Part shown: in pieces, positions 16,863 to 26,013 of the stretch
Position numbering within the stretch: position 1 is the stretch's first letter
Layout: every line of letters begins with the position of its first letter
Assembly: GCA_018819405.1 (NCBI GenBank)
Contig: JAHJQF010000001.1
Coordinates: forward strand, 290,097 to 354,096
Reading direction: 5' to 3'
DNA from: Patescibacteria group bacterium
Lineage (GTDB): Bacteria; Patescibacteriota; Patescibacteriia; UBA1558; GWA2-36-10
Length of the DNA stretch: 64,000 bases
Notes under the pieces: generated by a model
Databases searched by the model: none
Seen by the model: only the letters and a program-made list of their open reading frames with translations
What the model was told of the DNA's origin: nothing
Program-made: the position numbers and the translations under genes

Positions 16863-17729
16863 ATGAAAAGCGATGAAAAGGGGCTACAAAAGTCCCAGTT
16901 TTTAGCCAATAGTCATCCTCTGGCTAGCCTGGCTCAGGAGCTCATTATCAGGGGGTTTTCTGGGCGCACCATCAAGAGCTATTTGTCTCACAACCAGCGA
17001 TTTTTGGACTGGACTGGCAAGTCGGCTAGAGATATTAGTAGTCAGGACGTCAAAGATTATCTCCTGTATCTCAAAAGCCAAAATTATTCCAATACCTCCT
17101 TAAATAGTGTTATCTCATCTCTCAAGTTTTATTATGGACAGATTCTGCATCGGAAGCTGTTTTTTAGTATTCGTCGGCCGAAAAAAGAAAAATTTTTGCC
17201 GATTGTTTTGACGCGTCAGGAAATCATCAAAATTATCAACTGCGCGCACAATCTAAAACACAAATTATTATTGTCACTTCTCTATGGTTCTGGTCTGAGA
17301 GTGTCAGAAGTAGTCAAAATAAAAATAAGTCATTTAGATTTGCAGAGCAGGAGTCTCTTGGTCAAAGATAGCAAAGGTGCCAAAGACAGATATACATTGC
17401 TAAGTGGCATAAGCATAAAATTTTTAAATATTTATTTACCAAAATTACCAGCCAACCAAAAATATCTATTTAGTGGACAGTCTGGTCAAAGTCATTTGAG
17501 TCAAAGAAGCGCTCAAAAAGTATTTGATCAGGCCCTTGAAAAATCAGGTCTAAAAAAAGACGCCAGTTGCCACAGCCTGCGTCATTCCTTTGCTACTCAT
17601 CTTTTGGAAGCGGGGACAGATATCAGGTATATCCAAAAATTACTTGGTCATCAAAATATCAAAACAACTGAAATCTATACTCAGGTGGCTCGTGATTTTT
17701 TTCGGGGCATCAAAAGTCCACTTGATTAA
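16863..17729 (+). CDS. Tyrosine recombinase (integron-integrase-related, lacking the IntI insertion)
   Basis: SAM-like N-domain (RGFSGRTIKSY); LLYGSGLRVSE, KGAKDR, HSLRHSFATHLLE, LLGH, TTEIYT. Confidence 0.92.
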   Translation: MKSDEKGLQKSQFLANSHPLASLAQELIIRGFSGRTIKSYLSHNQRFLDWTGKSARDISSQDVKDYLLYLKSQNYSNTSLNSVISSLKFYYGQILHRKLFFSIRRPKKEKFLPIVLTRQEIIKIINCAHNLKHKLLLSLLYGSGLRVSEVVKIKISHLDLQSRSLLVKDSKGAKDRYTLLSGISIKFLNIYLPKLPANQKYLFSGQSGQSHLSQRSAQKVFDQALEKSGLKKDASCHSLRHSFATHLLEAGTDIRYIQKLLGHQNIKTTEIYTQVARDFFRGIKSPLD

Positions 17730-17732
17730 ACA

Positions 17733-17758
17733 AAAACCCGACAGCTATGTCGGGTTTT
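17733..17758. terminator. Bidirectional intrinsic terminator between the integrase and nrdJ
   Basis: aaaacccgaca-gcta-tgtcgggtttt. Confidence 0.75.
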
Positions 17759-17785
17759 ATTATTTACTTTAATACAGTCAAAAAC

Positions 17786-20740
17786 TTATTTCATATCACA
17801 GCTGCCTTTGAAGCCACATTGTTTGGAGCATTCAGTGCAGCCACCAAATTTGACCATCACCCCTTGGTGGCACTGCGGGCAAATCTTGCCTACTTCTGGA
17901 CCGTATTTACTTGGATCCAACTCGGCTTCACCTGGCTCTGGGATTTCCAAATCAGCGTGTTTGCGAGCATTTTGCATTTCTGGGATTTCCGCTTTGACGG
18001 CTTCTTTAAATGTTGGGATTTGTTCTTGGATTTTTGGTTTTCTTTCACCATTGTAGGCTAGATTTTTTTCTTCAGTATTAGCATCAGTAGTCAGTACTTG
18101 CTCATCACGACTAGAGTCACGATAAATAGTCACTCCTTTACAGCCTAGCTCATAGGCTTTTTCATAGAGCTGAGCAGTTTGCTCTACTGTGAAGTCAGCT
18201 GGAGCATTGGCCGTTTTACTGATAGAGGAGTCAGTCCATTTCTGTACTGCAGCTTGGACTTTGATATGCTCGAGTGGTGTCAGCTCCATAGCCGAGGTAA
18301 AAAATTCCGGCAAAGAGCCATTGTGGCGGTATTCTTCAGCTATTGGAATATATACTTCATGAAAGCCTAATCTAGATTGGCGATAAAATTTGAAGGCATA
18401 GTATGGCTCTATTCCAGTTGAAGTTGAGAGCATTGAGCCGACAGTGCCAGTTGGAGCTTGGGTAGTCAAAGTGACATTTCGGATGCCATTTTCTCTTATC
18501 ATCTGGCGGACATCTTCAGGCATTGTTTTCATAAAGCCTGAGTCTAGGAATTTGTCAGCGTCAAATTTTGGAAAAGCACCTTTTTCTTTGGCAATGCGCG
18601 ATGATTCTTTATACATTTCTACGGCGATGGTCTTGTAGAGCTGCTCAATAAAGTCCAGCGACTGGTCAGAGCCGTAGCGCATACGCAATTTGATAAGCAG
18701 TTCGCCTAGTCCTAGAGTACCACCACCGACTCGGCGTTCATTTTTTTGATTATCTTCATTTTCTTGAAAGTGATATGGAGTCAAATCTATGACATTGTCC
18801 AAAAATCTGGTCAGAGTACGGGCCGCTTTTTTCAGTTCGTCCCAATTGACTTCATACAAAGGTCCCAAGTCATCTTGGCCAATCTGACTGGTAAAGCTGG
18901 CTAGATAAAGATGGCCTAGATTGCAGACTCCCCAGCCTGGTAGGCCCTGTTCACCGCAAGGATTGGTACAGATTACTTGGTTGAAATAATATGAATTGGA
19001 TAGTTTATTGTATCTTTCCATAAAGACCACGCCCGGCTCAGCACTACTATGGGCGCTAGCTACTAGCTTGTTCCACAAATCACGAGCCTTGAGTGTTTTG
19101 TAGACTTTGGTTGGGTAGCCAGCGGCTTTCCAAGCATGGAGATCGCCTTTCCAAGTCTTGTCGTAGATATCGGCATAGGCTGGATTTTCATAATCAGGGA
19201 ATTCTAGATTCCAGTTTTCGTCATTTTTGACGGCTTTCATAAAAGAGTCAGAGACCATGACCGAGATATTAGCATTTTCTATTTGGCCGGCTACTGTTTT
19301 GGAAGATATAAATTCTATCACATCTGGATGCCAGTCCCATTGCATTAGCATTAGAGCACCGCGGCGGCTGCCACCTTGCTCAATCAGTCCAGTGGCATAG
19401 CTAAACAATCCAGCCCAAGATACAGAGCCTGAGGATTTGCCATGTACACCTTTGACATAAGCATAGCGGGGTCGTAGAGCCGAGAGGCTCATACCTACTC
19501 CGCCGCCACGACTCATTACTTCTACCATTTGATGCAAGCTGTCTTTGACTATGGCTTTACGGCTGTCCAAGGGGCTTGGTAGGACATAGCAGTTAAACAA
19601 AGTCAAGTTGGAAGTATAGTTGCCGTGTTGGTCTACATTGGCACCAGTCATGATACGACCGCCTGGCTGAATATATTTATTTTGTAGAGCTTCAAAAAAT
19701 TCTTCAAAGTATTTTGTCCTATTTTCTTCTTCAGTTTCTACTGAGGCTACTGCCTTGGCAATTCTTCTATGAGCATCGTTGATTGATTCGCGTGGTTTGT
19801 CACATTTGAAAATATCTTGGACAAATTCAAAATTATTTTCGCGGTCAGCGTATACTCCAGTTAGCATATAGAGTCTGGCTTTTTCATCAGCTAGCATTTC
19901 TTGGATAATACCCAAATCTTTTTTTGGATATTTGCGATCCTCTTTGGTAATGACAATGACCAAATCGCCGGTGGTAATATCGGCTCTTTTATCTTTGATA
20001 GAATAGCGATCCAAAAAAATAATTCTGCCTAATTCATCAAAGTTGGTAGAATTATTCAAAATATGTTTGGCTTGCTTGCTCAGTAGTATGCCTTTTTCCT
20101 GAAGAGATTTTACTTCTTTACTGGTAATGTCTTTGCCTTGTTCTAGACGGATTTTTTTTCTTTGTTCGCGGTAGAGGATAAAGTGCTTGGCAGTTTTGGC
20201 CCAGTTGGATTGGATAAGGATGATTTCAATGATATCCTGAATCTGCTCTACAGTTGGTATTAAGCGTTGGTTGAATTTGTGTTCCAAAATAGCGGTCACT
20301 ACATCAGCTAGACGGCGGGCTTCTTCACGACCAAATTCATTACTGGCTTCACCAGCTTTAAAAACGGCGTTGAGGACTTTATTTTTATCAAAATCTACAA
20401 TGGAGCCGTCTCTTTTTTTGATTTGTTTGAGTCCGGGACTGATATTGGTCTGGGTATTTAGCTTTTTGCCCCTCATTTTAAAGTAAACCTTGGCCACTTC
20501 CGGATAGTCGTTTTCCAAAAGCACTATATTGACTGCACTTCTGATATCGTCAGTCGTAATCTGATCAAAATTATGATAAGTTTCTTCCAAATAATCAGTA
20601 ACTTGCTTGGTAATTTTGTTGGAAATAGGATTGTCTTTCAATCCAACAGAGATAATGGATTGAGAAACGGATTTTCTTATTTTATCTTGGTCAAATTTTT
20701 CTAGGCGACCATCTCTTTTTTTGATTTTGTTGGCTGGCAT
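17786..20740 (-). CDS. nrdJ: Class II (adenosylcobalamin-dependent) ribonucleotide reductase with two N-terminal ATP cones
   Basis: Two IKKRDG ATP cones; TLFNCYV; TNPCGEQ; QAPTGT; C-terminal Cys motifs. Confidence 0.92.
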   Translation of the reverse strand: MPANKIKKRDGRLEKFDQDKIRKSVSQSIISVGLKDNPISNKITKQVTDYLEETYHNFDQITTDDIRSAVNIVLLENDYPEVAKVYFKMRGKKLNTQTNISPGLKQIKKRDGSIVDFDKNKVLNAVFKAGEASNEFGREEARRLADVVTAILEHKFNQRLIPTVEQIQDIIEIILIQSNWAKTAKHFILYREQRKKIRLEQGKDITSKEVKSLQEKGILLSKQAKHILNNSTNFDELGRIIFLDRYSIKDKRADITTGDLVIVITKEDRKYPKKDLGIIQEMLADEKARLYMLTGVYADRENNFEFVQDIFKCDKPRESINDAHRRIAKAVASVETEEENRTKYFEEFFEALQNKYIQPGGRIMTGANVDQHGNYTSNLTLFNCYVLPSPLDSRKAIVKDSLHQMVEVMSRGGGVGMSLSALRPRYAYVKGVHGKSSGSVSWAGLFSYATGLIEQGGSRRGALMLMQWDWHPDVIEFISSKTVAGQIENANISVMVSDSFMKAVKNDENWNLEFPDYENPAYADIYDKTWKGDLHAWKAAGYPTKVYKTLKARDLWNKLVASAHSSAEPGVVFMERYNKLSNSYYFNQVICTNPCGEQGLPGWGVCNLGHLYLASFTSQIGQDDLGPLYEVNWDELKKAARTLTRFLDNVIDLTPYHFQENEDNQKNERRVGGGTLGLGELLIKLRMRYGSDQSLDFIEQLYKTIAVEMYKESSRIAKEKGAFPKFDADKFLDSGFMKTMPEDVRQMIRENGIRNVTLTTQAPTGTVGSMLSTSTGIEPYYAFKFYRQSRLGFHEVYIPIAEEYRHNGSLPEFFTSAMELTPLEHIKVQAAVQKWTDSSISKTANAPADFTVEQTAQLYEKAYELGCKGVTIYRDSSRDEQVLTTDANTEEKNLAYNGERKPKIQEQIPTFKEAVKAEIPEMQNARKHADLEIPEPGEAELDPSKYGPEVGKICPQCHQGVMVKFGGCTECSKQCGFKGSCDMK

Positions 20741-20804
20741 GGGGTTTTATATTAACTAAAATTTTGTTAGTTAGATAAAAAAAGGACAAAAATTGTATGT
20801 TTTG

Positions 20805-20820
20805 GCACAACATCTTGTGT
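20805..20820. promoter_or_regulatory. NrdR box
   Basis: gcacaacatcttgtgt resembles acaCwAtATaTwGtgt and lies upstream of nrdJ. Confidence 0.6.
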
Positions 20821-20989
20821 CCCAAATCATTATAGCACACAAGATTGCGCTTTGCCAAATTTTTGTCTTTTTATGTTTGTTTTAAGCTTATCTATTATAA
20901 GACCTATTCAAAAAATTGTCCAATTTATGTATTTTATCCAAAAATATTGGCCTATTGTCAGCCAAAAAACTATCTGCTATGATACTTTC

Positions 20990-21196
20990 ATGGGAAAATT
21001 CTTCAAAAGAAACAAAAAATCAGCTCTACGTAGCGACAAAGTGCATCCGCCCAAGCCACGCAAAGTGGATGAGCGTGATTTGGTAGACCCGATTTATTAT
21101 ATTGGTGATTTGGACGGTCAAAAATATCCGTCTTTGCCTTTGGAAAATGAAAAAAAGCCCGAAGAGGATGTAGAAAATCCATTGAACAAAAGATAG
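20990..21196 (+). CDS. Small hypothetical protein (possibly leaderless)
   Basis: MGKFFKRNKK... start just after TGcTATGAT; terminator at 21201-21228. Confidence 0.5.
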   Translation: MGKFFKRNKKSALRSDKVHPPKPRKVDERDLVDPIYYIGDLDGQKYPSLPLENEKKPEEDVENPLNKR

Positions 21197-21231
21197 AATT
21201 AAAAAATCAACCCCTAGGGTTGATTTTTGTT

Positions 21232-22608
21232 TTAGAGCAGTTCTATAGGGCTGTTATTTTTTATTATTTCAGTTTTTAGCTGGAGTTTGTCTTGTATTTC
21301 TTTGGCAAAATGCTCCATCACTGTTTTGTCACCATGACTGAGGATAATTTTTTTTGTTTTTCCTGCCTTGCCGGTAGGCAGGTTGAAATTACTTAGCCAT
21401 TTGATCAGGGATTTTTGGTCAGCATGAGCAGAAAAGCCGTCTATTTGATCAGTCTGGCATTTGATGGGTATTTTTTGGCCGTAGTAGTCAAAGTCAAAAG
21501 TGCCCTGGAGTATTTTGTGCCCTAGCGTACCAGGCACCTGAAAGCCCATAAAGAGCATGGTGTTTTTTGTTTCCGGTGCGTAGCGAGCCAGGTGGTGAAT
21601 CATACGGCCGCCTTCCATCATACCCGAGCCGGCTAGAATTATTTTGGGCGGACTGGCTAGATTGATTTGTTTGGACTGGCGGATATTGTTGGTTATTTTT
21701 AGATGGGGAAAGTTAAAAATATTATTATCATGACTAAGATCATCTTGAGCAGCTTTGTTGAGATACTCTAGATGCTTTTGGTATATCTGGGTAGCTTGAG
21801 CGGCCATGGGGCTGTCCAGATAAACCGGTACGGTAAAGTCCAGATGCTTTTCATAGTAGTCATTGAGGACCTTCAAGATGTCCTGAGTACGCTCTAGGGC
21901 AAAGATAGCTATCAAGAGGGTAGAATGATTGATGGTGACTCTTTTGACTGCCTCTAGTAGTTTTTTGTCGCGGGTTTTGGTGTCTTCGTGTACGCGATCA
22001 CCATAAGTACTTTCACAAATTACATAATCTGCCCCTTGGATTGTATCTATATCTTTGACCAAAGGCATGTTTTGCCCGCCGATATCACCGGAAAAGACAA
22101 TAGTCTGGTGGCCAGCTTGTATTTCTACAAAAGCCGAGCCCAATATATGAGCGGCATTGTGTAGTTTGAAAGATATATTTTCGCTGAGTTTGGTTTTTTG
22201 GTCGTATTTTATAGGGACAAAGTTTTTGTAAGTTTTGTTGAGATCTTCCAGGCTATTGAGTTTGGGTAGTTTTTTCTTAAAGGCTTTTTCATTCATGATA
22301 TAGAAACTGTCGTCCAAGACAATTTTGGTCAAATCAATAGTGGCGTCAGTGGCATATATTTTGCCTTTGTAGCCGGCTTTGACGAGCTTGGGTAGGCGTC
22401 CGCAGTGATCAAGGTGAGCGTGAGTGAGAATCACCGCATCAAGGTCTTTGGCGTCAAACAAAAAATCATCCCAATTTTTGAGATAATTTTCCCAACTACC
22501 CTGAAACATACCGCAGTCAATCAAAATACGATAGCCATTAATATTGAGAAGATGACAGGAGCCGGTCACTTGTTCGGCCGCTCCATAGGATGTAAGTTTG
22601 ATATTCAC
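21232..22608 (-). CDS. MBL-fold beta-CASP ribonuclease
   Basis: THAHLDH, HILGS, ESTYG, GSGMMEGG, FSAHAD. Confidence 0.9.
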   Translation of the reverse strand: MNIKLTSYGAAEQVTGSCHLLNINGYRILIDCGMFQGSWENYLKNWDDFLFDAKDLDAVILTHAHLDHCGRLPKLVKAGYKGKIYATDATIDLTKIVLDDSFYIMNEKAFKKKLPKLNSLEDLNKTYKNFVPIKYDQKTKLSENISFKLHNAAHILGSAFVEIQAGHQTIVFSGDIGGQNMPLVKDIDTIQGADYVICESTYGDRVHEDTKTRDKKLLEAVKRVTINHSTLLIAIFALERTQDILKVLNDYYEKHLDFTVPVYLDSPMAAQATQIYQKHLEYLNKAAQDDLSHDNNIFNFPHLKITNNIRQSKQINLASPPKIILAGSGMMEGGRMIHHLARYAPETKNTMLFMGFQVPGTLGHKILQGTFDFDYYGQKIPIKCQTDQIDGFSAHADQKSLIKWLSNFNLPTGKAGKTKKIILSHGDKTVMEHFAKEIQDKLQLKTEIIKNNSPIELL

Positions 22609-22793
22609 CCAGTTAGAAATTAATTATTAAATAATTTCTCCAATTAGAAAAATCATATAATGATTCATTATGCTTTATTACTTTAGTTTTGTTGAGGGAA
22701 TTTCTAATTGGGCACATTTTTGTTTTACTATTTTTGTTTGATATAAAAAGTATAACATTTTTTTGCCAATAAAAAAACCGCTATTATTTTTAA

Positions 22794-22857
22794 GTCATTG
22801 CGAGGAGCCGAAGGCAACGAAGCAATCCACAAGCTAGGAGATTGCTAGGCAATGACA
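22794..22857. repeat. REP/RPE-like palindromic element
   Basis: gtcattgcgaggagccgaaggcaacgaagcaatc...gattgctaggcaatgac. Confidence 0.6.
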
Positions 22858-22930
22858 ATGACCTGCGAGGTTGGTTTAAGCAAAAACCGCTGATTTCAGC
22901 GGTTTTTTGACTTTAACCTGCGAGGTTGGT

Positions 22931-23587
22931 TTATATTTTCCCGACCAAATCCATACCAGGTTTTAGAGTATCTTTACCAGGTTCCCAGTTGGCTGGGCAG
23001 ACCTGATCACCATATTTGGCGACAAATTGAGCGGCTTGCAATTTGCGAAGTAGCTCATTACCACTTCGTCCTACACCGTCGCCGTGGATTTCAATGGTCT
23101 TTATTTCACCGTCTGGTGAGATGATATAAGTGCCTCGCAAAGCTATGCCCTCTTCTTCTATCAAGACGCCATACTTGCGGCAAATCTCATGAGTAGGATC
23201 AGCTACCATGGGAAATTTTATTTTTTGGATAGTTTCTGAAGCATCAAACCAAGCTTTGTGTACGGGGATAGTATCGGTTGAGACAGAAAGTACTTCGGTA
23301 TTTAGTTTTTTTAGCTCTTCGTATCTATCAGCCAAATCTCCCAATTCAGTTGGGCAAACAAAGGTAAAATCTTTGGGATAGAAAAATAAGATTAGCCACT
23401 TACCTTTATAGTCTGATAAGCTAATTTTTTTTTCTTCATTTTGATAGTAGGCTTGAGCTGTAAACTCGGGGGCTTTATGATCTATTTTTGGGGCACAGTT
23501 GCCGCAACAGCAAGACTCTTCTTGACAACAGCCGTCACCGTCGCCACAACATTCATTAACGGGGTTAGAAATATTTGATTTTGGCAT
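22931..23587 (-). CDS. ahpC: 2-Cys peroxiredoxin with a Cys-rich N-terminal extension
   Basis: FFYPKDFTFVCPTE; VCPANW. Confidence 0.92.
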   Translation of the reverse strand: MPKSNISNPVNECCGDGDGCCQEESCCCGNCAPKIDHKAPEFTAQAYYQNEEKKISLSDYKGKWLILFFYPKDFTFVCPTELGDLADRYEELKKLNTEVLSVSTDTIPVHKAWFDASETIQKIKFPMVADPTHEICRKYGVLIEEEGIALRGTYIISPDGEIKTIEIHGDGVGRSGNELLRKLQAAQFVAKYGDQVCPANWEPGKDTLKPGMDLVGKI

Positions 23588-23605
23588 GTTCGTAAAATTT
23601 AATTA

Positions 23606-24496
23606 TTAATATTTGATATGGTTTAATTTTTTCAAAACATTTTCACCTTGTCGGATGCCGTGTTCATATGATTTGATAATTCTTTCTCGGCTTCTTTCAC
23701 GCTTACTGGTATTGACTGTGTCATAGAGTACATGGACGTGTTTGTATTTTTTCAAAGTTACTACATAAGGGTAGTTGAAGATACTAAATAAGTGTTTGAT
23801 GCCATATCTAATGCCCAAATACCTAGTCTTAAATAAAACATCCAAAAGATCCCAAGGTAGATACTGCAAAACTCTTTTGACAGTTTTTTTGTCGTTGAAA
23901 ATATAGATGATTGTCTTGTCTGGAAATTTTTTGACGACATTTTTGATAAAATCTCTGGTCGGCATTATGCCACCATCAAGATATTTGTCATTTTTTATTT
24001 TGGTAAAGGCATAAGGGGGGACTTTGGCCGATTGTATCAATCGGCTGATAGTGTCCACTTTGCCGTCCAGATATTCCAGTTTTAGTGTTTTAGGATTAAA
24101 GACCCGGACATAAAAATTAATAGGGGAATTTTTTATTTTTTCAACATCTAAGGGGATTTCTTTACGTTCTATATTTTCTACATAATCTAGATCAACGATA
24201 TCAAAGCTTTTATTATGGATAAAAAGATCCCAAAATTTTCTACAGATTATTTTAAAAGATAAGTCTTTTAAAAAACTGTGTTTTTTGTAGAGTCGATCAT
24301 AATAGACACTGGCAGCCTCATGTGATTTTTTACTTAGAAAATAGGCGGCATTATGAGCGCCGGAAGACACAGCATAGATAGAGTGGATGCGCGGATAGAG
24401 ATTGTGTCTTTGAAAAGCGACCATAACTCCGGAGCCAAAAACTCCTTGTATAGTCCCACCTTTTATTATTAATACTATGTCTCTATCTGGTTGCAT
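23606..24496 (-). CDS. Patatin-like phospholipase
   Basis: GGTIQG, AVSSGA, YLDGG. Confidence 0.8.
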   Translation of the reverse strand: MQPDRDIVLIIKGGTIQGVFGSGVMVAFQRHNLYPRIHSIYAVSSGAHNAAYFLSKKSHEAASVYYDRLYKKHSFLKDLSFKIICRKFWDLFIHNKSFDIVDLDYVENIERKEIPLDVEKIKNSPINFYVRVFNPKTLKLEYLDGKVDTISRLIQSAKVPPYAFTKIKNDKYLDGGIMPTRDFIKNVVKKFPDKTIIYIFNDKKTVKRVLQYLPWDLLDVLFKTRYLGIRYGIKHLFSIFNYPYVVTLKKYKHVHVLYDTVNTSKRERSRERIIKSYEHGIRQGENVLKKLNHIKY

Positions 24497-24502
24497 CTGT
24501 AT

Positions 24503-25147
24503 TTATTTATTTTCGCTGTATTTTTTTGAAACTGCCTTCCAGTTTATGACTTGCCAAAAGTTTTGGACAAATTCTAGACGTCTGTTTTGATATTTTAGAT
24601 AATATGAATGTTCCCAGACATCAATACCCATGATAGGTGTGTGTCCCAGAGAAAGAGGACTATCTTGGTTGGATGTTTTTTCAATAATTAGTTTTTTGTT
24701 TTCATCAAGGGACAACCAGGCCCAGCCGGCTCCAAACACAGTCATAGCGGCCTGTTCAAATTGGGTTTTGAATTCATCAAAAGAACCAAAGGTTTCATCT
24801 ATTATTTCCAAGAGTTCGCCTTCTAGCTGGCCATTTTGTTCAACTGGTCCCATTATTTCCCAAAATAGACTGTGGTGGACATGTCCGCCACCGTGGTTTT
24901 TGACTGCCATCTTAATATCATCTGGTACTGAGGCTAAGTCTCTGAGTATTTCTTCGGCTGATTTGGCAAAAAGCTCAGGATGAGATTCTAGGGCTTTGTT
25001 AAAATTGGTAGTATAAGCAACTTGGTGCTTATCATGATGAATTTTCATTGTTTCCTCGTCAATGTATGGTTCAAGTGCATTGTAAGGATATTGTAAGTCG
25101 GGGGTTTTAAATTCGGTCACCCCGTTAGAAATATTTGGATTTTGCAT
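24503..25147 (-). CDS. sodA: Fe/Mn superoxide dismutase
   Basis: HHDKH, NHGGGHVHHSLFW, DVWEHSYY. Confidence 0.92.
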   Translation of the reverse strand: MQNPNISNGVTEFKTPDLQYPYNALEPYIDEETMKIHHDKHQVAYTTNFNKALESHPELFAKSAEEILRDLASVPDDIKMAVKNHGGGHVHHSLFWEIMGPVEQNGQLEGELLEIIDETFGSFDEFKTQFEQAAMTVFGAGWAWLSLDENKKLIIEKTSNQDSPLSLGHTPIMGIDVWEHSYYLKYQNRRLEFVQNFWQVINWKAVSKKYSENK

Positions 25148-25256
25148 ATAGTGTAAATTTAATGTTTAAATAGTATATATTTTACCTCGTTAGATTATTG
25201 TAATATTTCTAACGGGGTGAATATAATTAATATATTAATTGTTAGCGTATGTTAGG

Positions 25257-25964
25257 CTACCCAAAATATTTTTCGGTGTAAAATCTAATCAGTTGTTCTA
25301 CTTCGGGAATGACAGCTGGATTGCCGACGCCGACTTTGGTTTTTTTCTGGACATCTTCCAAAGTATGGGCGCCTTCAAGCACTGCTTCTTCTATATCATG
25401 GTCAGTTACCTTGGCAATTTTATCTATGATACGGATCTGCTCTTTGATAATCCTATCTTTTTGATTTGATTTTATAAAGTAATTGTTGACAGCACTCAAC
25501 AAGGCCTTGTCACCTAGGACTGAGCAGTGAATTTTTCTAGTTGGTAGGTCACCTAATCTTTGGGTAATATGTTGAGGTTTTATTTCCAAGGCGTCGTCTA
25601 TTTTCATACCACCATTTTCGGTGACCATGACCGAAAGCATAGAGGTAGCAGCAATTGCTGATCCGCAACCAAAGGTCTGCCATTTCATTTTTTTTATTTT
25701 ATCATTTTTTTTGTCGACCCAAATCCATATTTTCATCATGTCGCCGCAGGCTGGACTTCCGACCATGCCCAGACCATCATAATCTTTTACTTTGGAAGCA
25801 TCCATTATTAGGTTTTTGGGATGGAAGAAGTGCTCTTTGACAATATCTGTATATACCCAGACGTCATTGGTGCCTTTGGGTACGACATCTACGCCAGCTG
25901 CGGCGCTGGGCTTGCTATGGGTTTTTGCTTCTCTCGACTTCGCTCGAGATCTTTGATTTGGCAT
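25257..25964 (-). CDS. iscU: IscU/NifU Fe-S scaffold with a C-terminal BFD-like domain
   Basis: GSPACGD, FGCGSAIA, KIHCSVL. Confidence 0.88.
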   Translation of the reverse strand: MPNQRSRAKSREAKTHSKPSAAAGVDVVPKGTNDVWVYTDIVKEHFFHPKNLIMDASKVKDYDGLGMVGSPACGDMMKIWIWVDKKNDKIKKMKWQTFGCGSAIAATSMLSVMVTENGGMKIDDALEIKPQHITQRLGDLPTRKIHCSVLGDKALLSAVNNYFIKSNQKDRIIKEQIRIIDKIAKVTDHDIEEAVLEGAHTLEDVQKKTKVGVGNPAVIPEVEQLIRFYTEKYFG

Positions 25965-26013
25965 ATATATAATTTAGTTAAATTTATTATTTTTTCTCCC
26001 AATGACGGGCTTT

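Larger units (their letters stand above)
1..17729. mobile_element. Integron-like locus: tyrosine recombinase + attI-like site + array of at least 11 cassettes (array runs off the left edge)
   Basis: Twelve TTTCRNYWAWC motifs (crossover C at 659, 1611, 3031, 4055, 5243, 6113, 7378, 9108, 12515, 14773, 15672, 16785) alternate with 11 partner motifs such as ATACGCGGTG(T/A)TRRNYGA. The recombinase is divergent, and most cargo genes point away from it. Confidence 0.9.

Noticed and set aside
16863-17729. Housekeeping xerC/xerD or canonical intI symbol
   Set aside because: The context is a cassette array, and the IntI insertion is absent. Neither symbol can be justified without a phylogeny.
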